Source: an uncultured Phycisphaerales bacterium (GTDB lineage Bacteria > Planctomycetota > Phycisphaerae > Phycisphaerales > SM1A02). From it: a stretch of 64,000 nucleotides of DNA. The notes below the pieces were generated by a model. It was given only the letters and a program-made list of their open reading frames with translations. It searched no databases and was not told the origin of the DNA. Positions 1 through 8,487 of this stretch are shown piece after piece (position 1 is the first letter of the stretch; each line of letters opens with the position of its first letter). The DNA lies in assembly GCA_938084645.1 (NCBI GenBank), contig CALKEP010000052.1, positions 19,340 to 83,339 on the forward strand, in the 5' to 3' direction. The translations under genes were made by a program, and so were the position numbers.

Positions 1-746
1 TTCATCATCGCGTCCTGCAACTCGCCCACCGCGATCATGAACGCGTCGTCGACCTCGTCGGTCGCGACGAACGTGATCCCACCGGCCACGAGGTGCTTGG
101 AGAACGGCGCGAAGGTCTGGTCGCGGATCACGCCCGTCCGTCGTCGAGGATCTTCGGGGATCGCGCCGTCGCGGCGTTCGACGACGCATTCACCCAACGG
201 ACGCGGCCCGCCGGTTCGAACCGTCGCGGCCTCGTCGCGCGGAACGTCGAGCAGACGATCGACTTCGGCCAGGATCGCAGTGGCGTCCCGGACGCCGTCG
301 AGTCGTCCGAGCACCCGGCCATCGGCATCGAGGATCCAGAGGGTGGGTCGCGCTTCGGCCCCGCGGACGAGGGCGTTCCGTTTCGAACCCTCGTTGGCCA
401 CGATCGGGAACGGTGTGGTCTCATCTCGCCGGGCGAGCCAATCCACGATCTCCGATCTCCACTGGATCGCCGCGGCGACGATGCGGGCCGAATCCGGACG
501 CCGGCGTTCCACCTCGGCGAGCTCGGCGAGCATCGCGACCGAATCGGGGGCGTAGGTCGCCCACACCAGCAGCAGGGTGGGTCGTCCATCCTCGGTTTGA
601 AGCGGAATGGGGGCGTCGTCGATCGATCGAAGCACGTCGGTCTGCACCGACCCGACGAGTCGAGGTGGCGTGGGCGCGGTACCGGGTCCGCAGCCGGTGA
701 GAAGCGTCGCGCACGACAGAAGCCAGCACGTGAGTCGCTTCGTCAT
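1..746 (-). CDS. Partial (3'-truncated) lipoprotein with an N-terminal TlpA/thioredoxin-like domain lacking CxxC, plus a further C-terminal domain
   Basis: Own translation (absent from the ORF track because it runs off the edge): MTKRLTCWLLSCATLLTGCGP (lipobox-like)...PTLLLVWATYAPDSVAML...RPTLWILDADGRV; alternative in-frame ATG at 770. Confidence 0.7.
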   Translation of the reverse strand, partial: MTKRLTCWLLSCATLLTGCGPGTAPTPPRLVGSVQTDVLRSIDDAPIPLQTEDGRPTLLLVWATYAPDSVAMLAELAEVERRRPDSARIVAAAIQWRSEIVDWLARRDETTPFPIVANEGSKRNALVRGAEARPTLWILDADGRVLGRLDGVRDATAILAEVDRLLDVPRDEAATVRTGGPRPLGECVVERRDGAIPEDPRRRTGVIRDQTFAPFSKHLVAGGITFVATDEVDDAFMIAVGELQDAMM

Positions 747-818
747 CCGATCGAGTCGGGGGGGCTGCATGCGATGGCTCCAAGGGTCGACTTTCGTCGG
801 GGCGGACCGTCCGCCGCG

Positions 819-1394
819 TCAATCCCCGTGATGGGCGCGGAGTCGAGGGCTCAGTCTGAGAAGGAGCTGGACCCGTTCGAACTCGTCGAGCCAGTCCTGA
901 AGCGTGTCGTCGAGTTCCGAGTCCGCGACGGGGGCGCCCGGAAGCGGGCAGGACGGGCCGAGATTCCGCGCGGCGATCGCGCGATAGCGGGTGAGGGTCC
1001 GATCGCCGAGGATCGACACCGGTTCGAAGAACTCGTTCATGAACACCGCCACCGGGACCCGATCTCCACCGTTGATGCGGAGTCGTGACGCCAGCTCGGG
1101 CTGCTCGTCGCGATCCACCCAGCGCAGGTCGATGCGGTCCGAGGCCTCGGCGATCCGGGCCAGCAACGGTCCCTGTTGGACGCAGTCTCCACACCAGGTG
1201 CCACTCACCACGACGACGTTGAGCCGGCGCTCGAACCCTTCGATCAGCGTGCGCTGGCTCGGCGTCAGCATCGTTCGCTCGTGAATCGCGAGCCAGTCGG
1301 CGGCGCGCTTCGGATCGGTCGCGACATAGGCCTCGAAATCGAGGGCGTCCGCGTGCGTGCCGGCGAGGAGTTCGGTCGAGAGGTCGTGGGTCAT
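819..1394 (-). CDS. Thioredoxin-family protein
   Basis: SGTWCGDC motif and RVPVAVF cis-Pro segment; ATG overlaps the upstream stop (ATGA). Confidence 0.88.
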   Translation of the reverse strand: MTHDLSTELLAGTHADALDFEAYVATDPKRAADWLAIHERTMLTPSQRTLIEGFERRLNVVVVSGTWCGDCVQQGPLLARIAEASDRIDLRWVDRDEQPELASRLRINGGDRVPVAVFMNEFFEPVSILGDRTLTRYRAIAARNLGPSCPLPGAPVADSELDDTLQDWLDEFERVQLLLRLSPRLRAHHGD

Positions 1395-2173
1395 GCGGCC
1401 GGCTCCGTCCTCGGTGCCGCGGTGGGTCCGGGTTCGACGTCGGATCCCGACGACGCCGGCGCGGGGTTCTCCGCCATGCGGAGAAGGGAGAGGAGCGTGG
1501 GAAGATCGTGCATGCCTTCGAGCTTGAATCGGACCACGCCCGCCGCATCGATGATCCAGATGGTCGGATACGCCCTGGTCGCGGACGCGAGGGCGAGCGG
1601 GGGACCGTCCCGGGTCGCGATCGGATACGTGGGGACCGCACCGGGGTCGAGCCGGCCCGCGGTCGCATCCAGCCGGCGACGCTCCAGCCACTTCACGACG
1701 GTGCTCCGTGGTTCGGCGGCGTAGGACACGACGCGGACCTGATCGCTCAGATCGCGATGGATCGCCTCCAGCATCGGGATCGACGCGATGCAGGGTGGAC
1801 ACCAGGTCGCCCAGACGTCGACCAGGGTGACCCGTCCGTCGACGGCGGCCACTGGGATCGCGGCGCCGTCCAGCGTCTGGAGCATCTCGGTCTGGGTCGT
1901 TCCGACGAGATCGGCGGTGGGGGGTGGTGACCCCGGCGGCGCCAGGAAGAAGGTCGCGACCACGCCACCGAGAAACATCGAGATCAGACCGACGACCGCG
2001 CTGGCGAAGGCCCTGCGGTCACCGGGATTTCGACGGAGTTCCCGACTCGCGAGGGCGAGGGCCACGAGCCCCAGCAGGCCACCGACGGCGAAGAGCGAGA
2101 GGGGCAGGCTGAACGCCGCGAGCATCGCGGTCAGGCGTCCCCGGTCCCGGGCGACGGGCGTGGACTCAGGCAT
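1391..2173 (-). CDS. Membrane-anchored TlpA/ResA-family thiol-disulfide oxidoreductase
   Basis: Two N-terminal hydrophobic helices, DVWATWCPPC, YPTIWIID. Confidence 0.88.
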   Translation of the reverse strand: MPESTPVARDRGRLTAMLAAFSLPLSLFAVGGLLGLVALALASRELRRNPGDRRAFASAVVGLISMFLGGVVATFFLAPPGSPPPTADLVGTTQTEMLQTLDGAAIPVAAVDGRVTLVDVWATWCPPCIASIPMLEAIHRDLSDQVRVVSYAAEPRSTVVKWLERRRLDATAGRLDPGAVPTYPIATRDGPPLALASATRAYPTIWIIDAAGVVRFKLEGMHDLPTLLSLLRMAENPAPASSGSDVEPGPTAAPRTEPAA

Positions 2174-4856
2174 CGGCATCCCGCTTGGCCGACTCGACCA
2201 GCTCGCGGAGGCGATCGAAGGCGGCCAGTGGCGTGAGTTCGTCGAGATCGATTCCGCGCAGGGTCTCCACCGCGGGATGCGGGAGGAACTCGCGGAAGAG
2301 CGAGAGCTGGTTGGCTGGGGGAGGCGGGGGCGCGGTCGGGACCTGTGCCGCCATCGCTTCGGCGTCGCCTTCGCGCACCTCGAGCGTCGTGAGCAGTTCC
2401 CTCGCCCGGTCGACGGCGGCGGGCGGAAGACCCGCGAGCTCCGCGACATGGATTCCGTAGCTGCGGTTGGTGCGCCCCGGCTGGATGCGATGGAGAAACA
2501 CGATCCGGTCCTGCCACTCGCGAACCGACACGTGGAGGTTGGTGACCGACGGGAGACGGTCCGGGATCGAGGTGAGTTCGTGATAGTGCGTGGCGAAGAG
2601 GGTTCGCGAGCCTCGGGCCGCGAGGTCCTCGGTGATCGCCCAGGCGAGGCTGAGTCCGTCGAGGGTGCTCGTGCCGCGCCCGATCTCGTCGAGCACCACG
2701 AGGCTGCGGTCGGTCGCGTGGTGGAGGATGTTCGCGGTCTCGGTCATCTCCACCATGAAGGTCGAGCGACCGGCGTGCAGCTCGTCGCTCGCGCCGATCC
2801 GGGTGAAGATGCGATCGACCACGCCGATGCGGGCGCTGGTCGCGGGCACGAAGGAGCCGGCCTGGGCGAGGAGGACCACCAGGGCGGTCTGCCGGATGTA
2901 GGTGCTCTTGCCGGCCATGTTGGGCCCGGTGATGAGGGCGACGGTCGAGGGGACGTCTTCGCATCCCAGCCGGCAGTCGTTCGGGACGAATCGGTCGCGC
3001 ATCGAGGCGTCGAGCACGGGGTGACGGGCTTCGACCAGTTCGAGCGTCGTGGTGTCGTCGATCTCCGGGCGGACCCAGCCCAGTCGATGCGCGGTCTCGG
3101 CGAGGCAGGCGGTGCAGTCGATCTCCGCGATGGCGTCACCGAAGGCGGCGATCGGTTCGAGGGCGTCGGCGATCGCGGCGCAGAGCGATGCGAAGATCCG
3201 TTTCTCCCGCTCGATGGCTCGGGCGCCCGCGGTGAGCACCTTGTCCTCGAACGTCTTGAGTTCGTCGGTGATGTAGCGTTCGGCGTTCTTGAGGGTCTGC
3301 TTGCGCACGAAGTTCGCGGGAACCTTCGCGTCGTTCGCCCGACTGACCTCGATGTAGTAGCCGAACACCCGGTTGAAGCCGACCTTGAGCGCACCGATCC
3401 CGGTTTCCTCGACGATCCGGACCTGGTAGGCGGCGAGCCATTCGGTGGCGTCGCGTTCCAGGCTTCGCGCCTCGTCGAGTTCCTCGTCGACGCCGTCGCG
3501 GACGAGGCCGCCCTCGCGAAGATGGGTCGGGGCGTCGTCGATGCAGGTGCGGCCGATCCGCTCGGCCAGCGGCACCAGCCGAGCGACCGCGGACTCGAGC
3601 TGCTGATGAGTGGTGTCGAATGCCGGTCGGCAGCCGAGCATCTCGACCAGCGGGATGGCGGCGAGGACGCTGCGTCCGAGGGCGACCGCGTCCCGCGGGG
3701 TCGCCCGCCCGACCGCGATTCGCCCGGCGATCCGGGAGACGTCGTTGACGCCGGTGATCGCGGCACGAACCTGGTCCGCGGCGTCACGGTCCTCGATGAG
3801 TCCGCCGACCGCGCGATGTCGCTTGCCGATCTCCTCCGCGTCCAGCAGCGGCCAGCAGAGTCGTCGTCGCAGGGCCCGTCGACCCATCGCGGTCCGGCAG
3901 TGCGGAAACACCGAGAGGAGCGAGCCGGCGACGTCGCCGCTTCGGCTGGTCCGTTCGATCTCGAGGCTGCGGAGCGTCGAGAGGTCCAGTCGCATGCAGC
4001 GATCGTCGTGGCGATGGCGGGGCGGACGCAGATGCGGAAGCGGCTTCGTGTCGCCGTCGGCGGCCTGCGTCTCGAGGAGGTACCGGAGGAGACCACCGGC
4101 AGCGGCGGTCGCGGGATCCCCGGGCGCGAGTCCGAAGGCCTCGAGGCTCGCGACGCCGTAGTGATCCCGAAGCAGCCGTTCGCACTCGTCGATCGAGAAG
4201 TTCCAGCCCGGGCGATGGGTCAGCGCCGCGTCGATCGTCTCCGCGAGGCCGTCGTCGATCGCGTCGCCCTCGGGGAGATCGCCGGGTTCGGGGAGCAGGA
4301 GTTCGCTCGGAGCGTGTCGGGCGATCGCGTCGGCGAGTTCGACGCGGTCGCACACCTGGACGACGAACGCCCCGGTCGAGAGTTCGGCCACCGCGATCGC
4401 GACCCGATCGTCCTCGCCCGGGGCCACCGACGCCACGAGGTTCTCGCGCCCCGCTTCGAGCAGCGTCTCGTCGACGAGCGTCCCCGGGGTGAGCACGCGG
4501 GTCACCGCGCGATCGACCACGCCCTTCGCGTCCTTGGGATCCTGGATCTGGTCGCAGACCGCGACGCGGAATCCCTGTTCGACGAGTCGACGGAGATACC
4601 CCTCGGCGGCGTGGTGCGGCACCCCGGCCATCGGCATCCCCTTGGAGCGTTCGGTGAGGGTGATGCCGAGCGCCTGATGCGCGGTCTCCGCGTCCGGTCC
4701 GAAGAGCTCGTAGAAGTCGCCCATGCGGAAGAACAGCAGACAGTCCGGGTGGGCCGCTTTGAACCGCGTGAACTGACGCATCGCGGGCGTCTCCCACTGC
4801 GGGCCGCGATAGGCGTCGGCGACGGGAGCCTGTTCTGCCGGGGGGGAAGTGGTCAC
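2166..4856 (-). CDS. mutS: DNA mismatch repair protein MutS
   Basis: FFRMGDFYELF, GPNMAGKSTY, STFMVEM, DEIGRGT, FATHYHEL, SYGIHVA. Confidence 0.99.
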   Translation of the reverse strand: MTTSPPAEQAPVADAYRGPQWETPAMRQFTRFKAAHPDCLLFFRMGDFYELFGPDAETAHQALGITLTERSKGMPMAGVPHHAAEGYLRRLVEQGFRVAVCDQIQDPKDAKGVVDRAVTRVLTPGTLVDETLLEAGRENLVASVAPGEDDRVAIAVAELSTGAFVVQVCDRVELADAIARHAPSELLLPEPGDLPEGDAIDDGLAETIDAALTHRPGWNFSIDECERLLRDHYGVASLEAFGLAPGDPATAAAGGLLRYLLETQAADGDTKPLPHLRPPRHRHDDRCMRLDLSTLRSLEIERTSRSGDVAGSLLSVFPHCRTAMGRRALRRRLCWPLLDAEEIGKRHRAVGGLIEDRDAADQVRAAITGVNDVSRIAGRIAVGRATPRDAVALGRSVLAAIPLVEMLGCRPAFDTTHQQLESAVARLVPLAERIGRTCIDDAPTHLREGGLVRDGVDEELDEARSLERDATEWLAAYQVRIVEETGIGALKVGFNRVFGYYIEVSRANDAKVPANFVRKQTLKNAERYITDELKTFEDKVLTAGARAIEREKRIFASLCAAIADALEPIAAFGDAIAEIDCTACLAETAHRLGWVRPEIDDTTTLELVEARHPVLDASMRDRFVPNDCRLGCEDVPSTVALITGPNMAGKSTYIRQTALVVLLAQAGSFVPATSARIGVVDRIFTRIGASDELHAGRSTFMVEMTETANILHHATDRSLVVLDEIGRGTSTLDGLSLAWAITEDLAARGSRTLFATHYHELTSIPDRLPSVTNLHVSVREWQDRIVFLHRIQPGRTNRSYGIHVAELAGLPPAAVDRARELLTTLEVREGDAEAMAAQVPTAPPPPPANQLSLFREFLPHPAVETLRGIDLDELTPLAAFDRLRELVESAKRDADA

Positions 4857-4938
4857 GCTGGAATTCTACGCCGACCGCCGGGCGTCGATCGTGGAGAAGT
4901 TGTCGGTGGCAGGGGCGATCAGGGAGATCGAGACGGGT

Positions 4939-5454
4939 TCAGCCGTCCGTCTTCGAGGTGGACGTCTTCCAGGAGATCCGCACCCGCTTCTTGCCGAACT
5001 CGAGGGCGCCCTTGAGGTCGGTCCCGAAGTAGACGTCGATCCGGTGCTTCCACCGCTTGTTCATCTTGTCCAGGACGAGGTACGGCCCCGTCTCCTTCCC
5101 ATCGATCTCGATCCAGACCGACGAACGGTGGTGCAGTCCCTCTTCGAGGAGGTCCCGGCTGACCGCGATGGACTTCACCTTCGGATCCAGTCGTTCGTTC
5201 CAGGCGGCGATGAAGGGATCGCCATCCGTCTCCTGAGGCCGCGAGCAGTAGGCGGTCGCGGTCACCCACATGGTGTGCCGCTCGCCGTGCTCGGGGTGCG
5301 CTTCGGTGGTGCGGGTGTCCGGCCCGGTCTTCGGAAGGTTGGACTCGGACGCGCTGGCGCTGCTCGGCCCGCAGCCACCGAGGAGGACCGTGACGGTGAT
5401 CGCGATGGCACCACCCAGGCCCATTCCGAACGCGGTGACGGTCGCGGCCCTCAT
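4939..5454 (-). CDS. 3D-domain (MltA/Sps-like) lipoprotein
   Basis: Lipobox LLGGC; VTATAY...IAVSRDL...VLDKMNKRWKHRIDVYFG three-Asp pattern. Confidence 0.8.
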   Translation of the reverse strand: MRAATVTAFGMGLGGAIAITVTVLLGGCGPSSASASESNLPKTGPDTRTTEAHPEHGERHTMWVTATAYCSRPQETDGDPFIAAWNERLDPKVKSIAVSRDLLEEGLHHRSSVWIEIDGKETGPYLVLDKMNKRWKHRIDVYFGTDLKGALEFGKKRVRISWKTSTSKTDG

Positions 5455-6326
5455 CGCGTCGCGCCCTTGTCGGGGGTGGCGTCGCCCGGCACGGCGTCCG
5501 TGGGGACGGCAGGCTTTCGCGGGGGGTGGGGCGTCATGCCCGCCGCCCACTTGATCGCGCCGGCGAGATGCTCGCGGAAGAGCGGCTCGGCGTACGACGC
5601 ATCGGTGTGTCCGCCGCCGGTGTAGAAGGCGCGGCCCCCGTCGTAGTCGTGATACCAGCTGATGGGATGATCGCCGTCCATGCCACCGCCCTGATACGAC
5701 GTCTCGTCGAGACTCATCAGAACGCGGACGTTGGGCCGGGGATTCTTTCGGTAGACGTACCACTCGTCGGTCCGGTCCCAGGTCGCGGGCAGCATGCGGG
5801 TCGCGGGGAACGTTCGATCTTCGACGTTGATCCGGGCGGGCTGGATCGCCGGATGAGTCTTGAACCAGGCGCCGACCAGGCGGCCGTACCAGGGCCAGTC
5901 GTACTCGGTGTCGGCCGCACTGTGCACGCCGACGTATCCACCGCCTCCCCGAATGAAGTTCTCGAAGTGCCGCTGCTGCTCGTCGTCGAGGACGTCACCG
6001 GTGGTGTTCAGGAAGACCACGCAGTCCGTCTTGCCGAGCCGGGTGGGTTCGAAGAATCGTGGATCCTCGGTCGCCTCGACCCGGAACCCGTGCTCACGAC
6101 CGAGCTCGGTGAGTGACTTGATGCCGGCGGGGATCGAACCGTGTCGGAAGCCCGTGGTCCGCGAGAAGACGAGCACCGCGGGGGTTTCCGCGCGAGCCGC
6201 GGGGGGTTCGACGTCCGGCGGCTTCGGCGTGTCCAAAGCGAGGAGGATCGAAGCGGTCAGGAGGCAGACGAACACCGGGGCGAGGGTTCGAAGGAAACGC
6301 TGTCGGACGGTGTCGGTGGATCGCAT
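5451..6326 (-). CDS. Exported ThuA-like (class I glutamine amidotransferase-like) protein
   Basis: VLVFSRTTGFRHGSI, GGGYVGVHSAADTEYDWPWY, DEWY, GRAFYTGGGH. Confidence 0.9.
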   Translation of the reverse strand: MRSTDTVRQRFLRTLAPVFVCLLTASILLALDTPKPPDVEPPAARAETPAVLVFSRTTGFRHGSIPAGIKSLTELGREHGFRVEATEDPRFFEPTRLGKTDCVVFLNTTGDVLDDEQQRHFENFIRGGGGYVGVHSAADTEYDWPWYGRLVGAWFKTHPAIQPARINVEDRTFPATRMLPATWDRTDEWYVYRKNPRPNVRVLMSLDETSYQGGGMDGDHPISWYHDYDGGRAFYTGGGHTDASYAEPLFREHLAGAIKWAAGMTPHPPRKPAVPTDAVPGDATPDKGATR

Positions 6327-6682
6327 GGCCCCATGCTAGACCGAACGGGGCGGAGTGATTCAACTCCTCGTCGAGAAGCCGAATGAAAACCCCACTCGAT
6401 CCGAGGTGGATCGAGCGGGGAAGGAACTCGTGGTGAGTCCCGGTCGCCGTCGTCTCTGGGGGCCTTCGTCCGGAGTCCTGGAGACAGGCGTTTCGAGGGG
6501 GTCGATGCTCTCTCCAGACCGGCCTCCTCGCTATCCCATGCGAAGAGCCGGCCGGTTCGGCCCACCTTGTTGGAGAGATTCTTCGAGAACGAGGGCCGGC
6601 CCCCCCGGCAGGGGTGTTCTGGGCTCGCTTCGGCGGGAGCGGCACGCCGGCGCAGGGTCGAAATGACGTCCTGATAAAGCAA

Positions 6683-6712
6683 CGCCCCCTTCCACGGGGG
6701 TGGAAAGGGGCG
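6683..6712 (-). terminator. Hairpin downstream of tRNA-Ala, probable terminator
   Basis: CGCCCCCTTCCAC-GGGG-GTGGAAAGGGGCG inverted repeat, followed on the minus strand by TTGCTTT. Confidence 0.6.
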
Positions 6713-6724
6713 GGCGGGGTTCAG

Positions 6725-6797
6725 TGGAGCCGATCGGGATCGAACCGACAACCTCCTCGATGCGACCGAGGCGCTCTCCCAATTGAGCTACGGCCCC
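6725..6797 (-). tRNA. tRNA-Ala(CGC), CCA not encoded
   Basis: Cloverleaf GGGGCCG-TA-GCTC-AATTGGGA-GAGC-G-CCTCG-GT[CGC]AT-CGAGG-AGGTT-GTCGG-TTCGATC-CCGAT-CGGCTCC-A; G3:U70 alanine identity pair. Confidence 0.96.
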
Positions 6798-6826
6798 GCA
6801 TGATCCGGCCATTCGGCCGGCCGCGA

Positions 6827-6855
6827 AGTATATCGAACGGACTCCTCGACGGCCA
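6827..6855 (-). promoter_or_regulatory. Putative sigma70 promoter of tRNA-Ala
   Basis: TGGCCG-N17-TATACT on the minus strand, about 30 nt before the tRNA. Confidence 0.55.
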
Positions 6856-6921
6856 GCATCGAGGGGTCGGCCGGGAATCGGTGGCGTCCAGCCGCTATCC
6901 TCCCGACCCGGAGTCCGAATC

Positions 6922-7872
6922 ATGTCCGCCACCGCCACGCTGGTCTTCTATTGCATCGTCATCCTGCTCGTCTCGGTCGGGGGAGGTCTCGTTCCGAGTT
7001 TCGTCCGCCTGACGCATCGTCGGATGCAGCTCGCCCTCTGTCTCGTCTCGGGGGTCATGCTGGGGGTCGGGATGCTTCACATGCTCGGGCACGCCGCGGA
7101 GGCCGTGGTGCACGCCCACGGCGACGGGGTCTCGATGCACACCGTGATGCTCGCGGCGGTCGGCGGATTCCTCGCCATGTTCCTCCTCGAGCGATTCTTC
7201 TGCTTCCACCATCACGAGACGCCGGACGAGAACGGACACACTTGCGGTCACGATCATCAATCGTCCGAAGCGTGCCTGGAGGACGCACCCAGTTCGGAAC
7301 ATCGTCTCGGCTGGGTCGGCGCCTTCGTGGGCCTCACCGTGCACACGCTCCTGGCCGGCCTCGCCCTCGGGGCCGCCGTTTCCAGCGGGGTGGACCAGAC
7401 GTCGGTCGAGGGTCCGACGCCGGCATCCGTCGCCTCGGGACTCGCCGGCTTCGGGGTCTTTCTCGGAATCGTGCTCCACAAGCCGTTCGACGCCTTCACC
7501 ATCGTCGCGCTGATGCAGCGTTCCGGCCGACCGCGGCTCGCCGTGCATCTGGTGAACGCGATCTTCGCGCTGGTGATTCCCCTCGGCGTCCTGCTCTTCG
7601 TGGCTGGTGCCGATCTCGCGTCGAATGCCGCGACGTTCACCACCCTCGCACTCGCCTTCAGCGCCGGGACGTTCATCTGCATCGCGGCCAGCGATGTTCT
7701 GCCCGAGTTGCAGTTTCACCGACATGATCGGGTCGCCATGACCTGCATGCTGGTGATCGGCCTCGTGATCGCGTGGGGAAGCGGGCTCCTCGAGGAGGGG
7801 GGGCATCACCACCACCATCACGCCCCCGTCTCGGAGGCGGACGTGACCGGACCGTCGCTTCCCCCTCGCTGA
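6922..7872 (+). CDS. ZIP-family divalent metal (Zn) transporter
   Basis: About 8 TM helices, His-rich loop FCFHHHE..GHTCGHDH, VHTLLAG and LHKPFDAF metal sites, DVLPEL, His6 tail. Confidence 0.92.
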   Translation: MSATATLVFYCIVILLVSVGGGLVPSFVRLTHRRMQLALCLVSGVMLGVGMLHMLGHAAEAVVHAHGDGVSMHTVMLAAVGGFLAMFLLERFFCFHHHETPDENGHTCGHDHQSSEACLEDAPSSEHRLGWVGAFVGLTVHTLLAGLALGAAVSSGVDQTSVEGPTPASVASGLAGFGVFLGIVLHKPFDAFTIVALMQRSGRPRLAVHLVNAIFALVIPLGVLLFVAGADLASNAATFTTLALAFSAGTFICIAASDVLPELQFHRHDRVAMTCMLVIGLVIAWGSGLLEEGGHHHHHHAPVSEADVTGPSLPPR

Positions 7873-8050
7873 TCCGGGGAATGCTCGGATTCGGGTGTCC
7901 GGGCCGTGCTTTCTCGAGGGATCGCGCAAATCACGCCGTAATCGTGAGATGAGGTATTGCGGTCGGAAGCCGGATCTTCTACATTCCAGATTCCTCCTGA
8001 TCGATCCGTGTCCGTCCGACCTTGGAGGAGAGTCGCACGAACACTTCGAA

Positions 8051-8085
8051 CGACCCGCCGACCTCGTCGGCGGGTCGGTTTTTTT
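8051..8085 (+). terminator. Intrinsic terminator
   Basis: CGACCCGCCGAC-CTC-GTCGGCGGGTCG followed by a T7 run. Confidence 0.85.
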
Positions 8086-8200
8086 CCACCGTGGGCCCCT
8101 CACGGGTCCGCCGAGGAGCTCGGCGGGACCCGCCGAACGGACTTGAATCCGACGCGTGCGGCGCGGTCCGAGGCCCGCTCCGCTGCTAGGCTCTTCCATC

Positions 8201-8383
8201 ATGAAATCCGAACGCCTGCTCGCCGAACTGAACCGCCTCCGATCCGATCTCGACAAGGATCCCAGCGATCTCGAGTGGTTCACCCTTCATCACGTCTTCT
8301 GTTTCGTCAGCTACCAGCATTCCGCCTTCCAGGCATACCTCGACGAAGCGATCAAGCCCGGGGACGAGGTCCCGGAGGACTGA
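8201..8383 (+). CDS. Small (60 aa) hypothetical protein
   Basis: MKSERLLAELNRLRSDLDKDPSDLEWFTLHHVFCFVSY...; GC3-biased codons; TG-TAGGCT box 8 nt upstream. Confidence 0.7.
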   Translation: MKSERLLAELNRLRSDLDKDPSDLEWFTLHHVFCFVSYQHSAFQAYLDEAIKPGDEVPED

Positions 8384-8487
8384 TCTCCGCATCCGGGGTT
8401 CCTCCGCCTTCGGTCGGTTTCGGGGCGTGGGACAGGGCGGGCATGCGGTATCCTGCGGGAATTCCCCGTCCACGGATCCCGACCCCC

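Noticed and set aside
1788..5015. 1075-aa + strand ORF, and similar long ORFs such as 8515-11007, 24545-27376 and 54156-56696
   Set aside because: Antisense or off-frame shadows of well-supported genes in GC-rich DNA; no recognisable motifs.
6340..6680. 103-aa ORF (6355-6666) or a known ncRNA (tmRNA, RNase P, SRP) downstream of tRNA-Ala
   Set aside because: No hallmark motifs recognised and weak coding signal; left uncalled.
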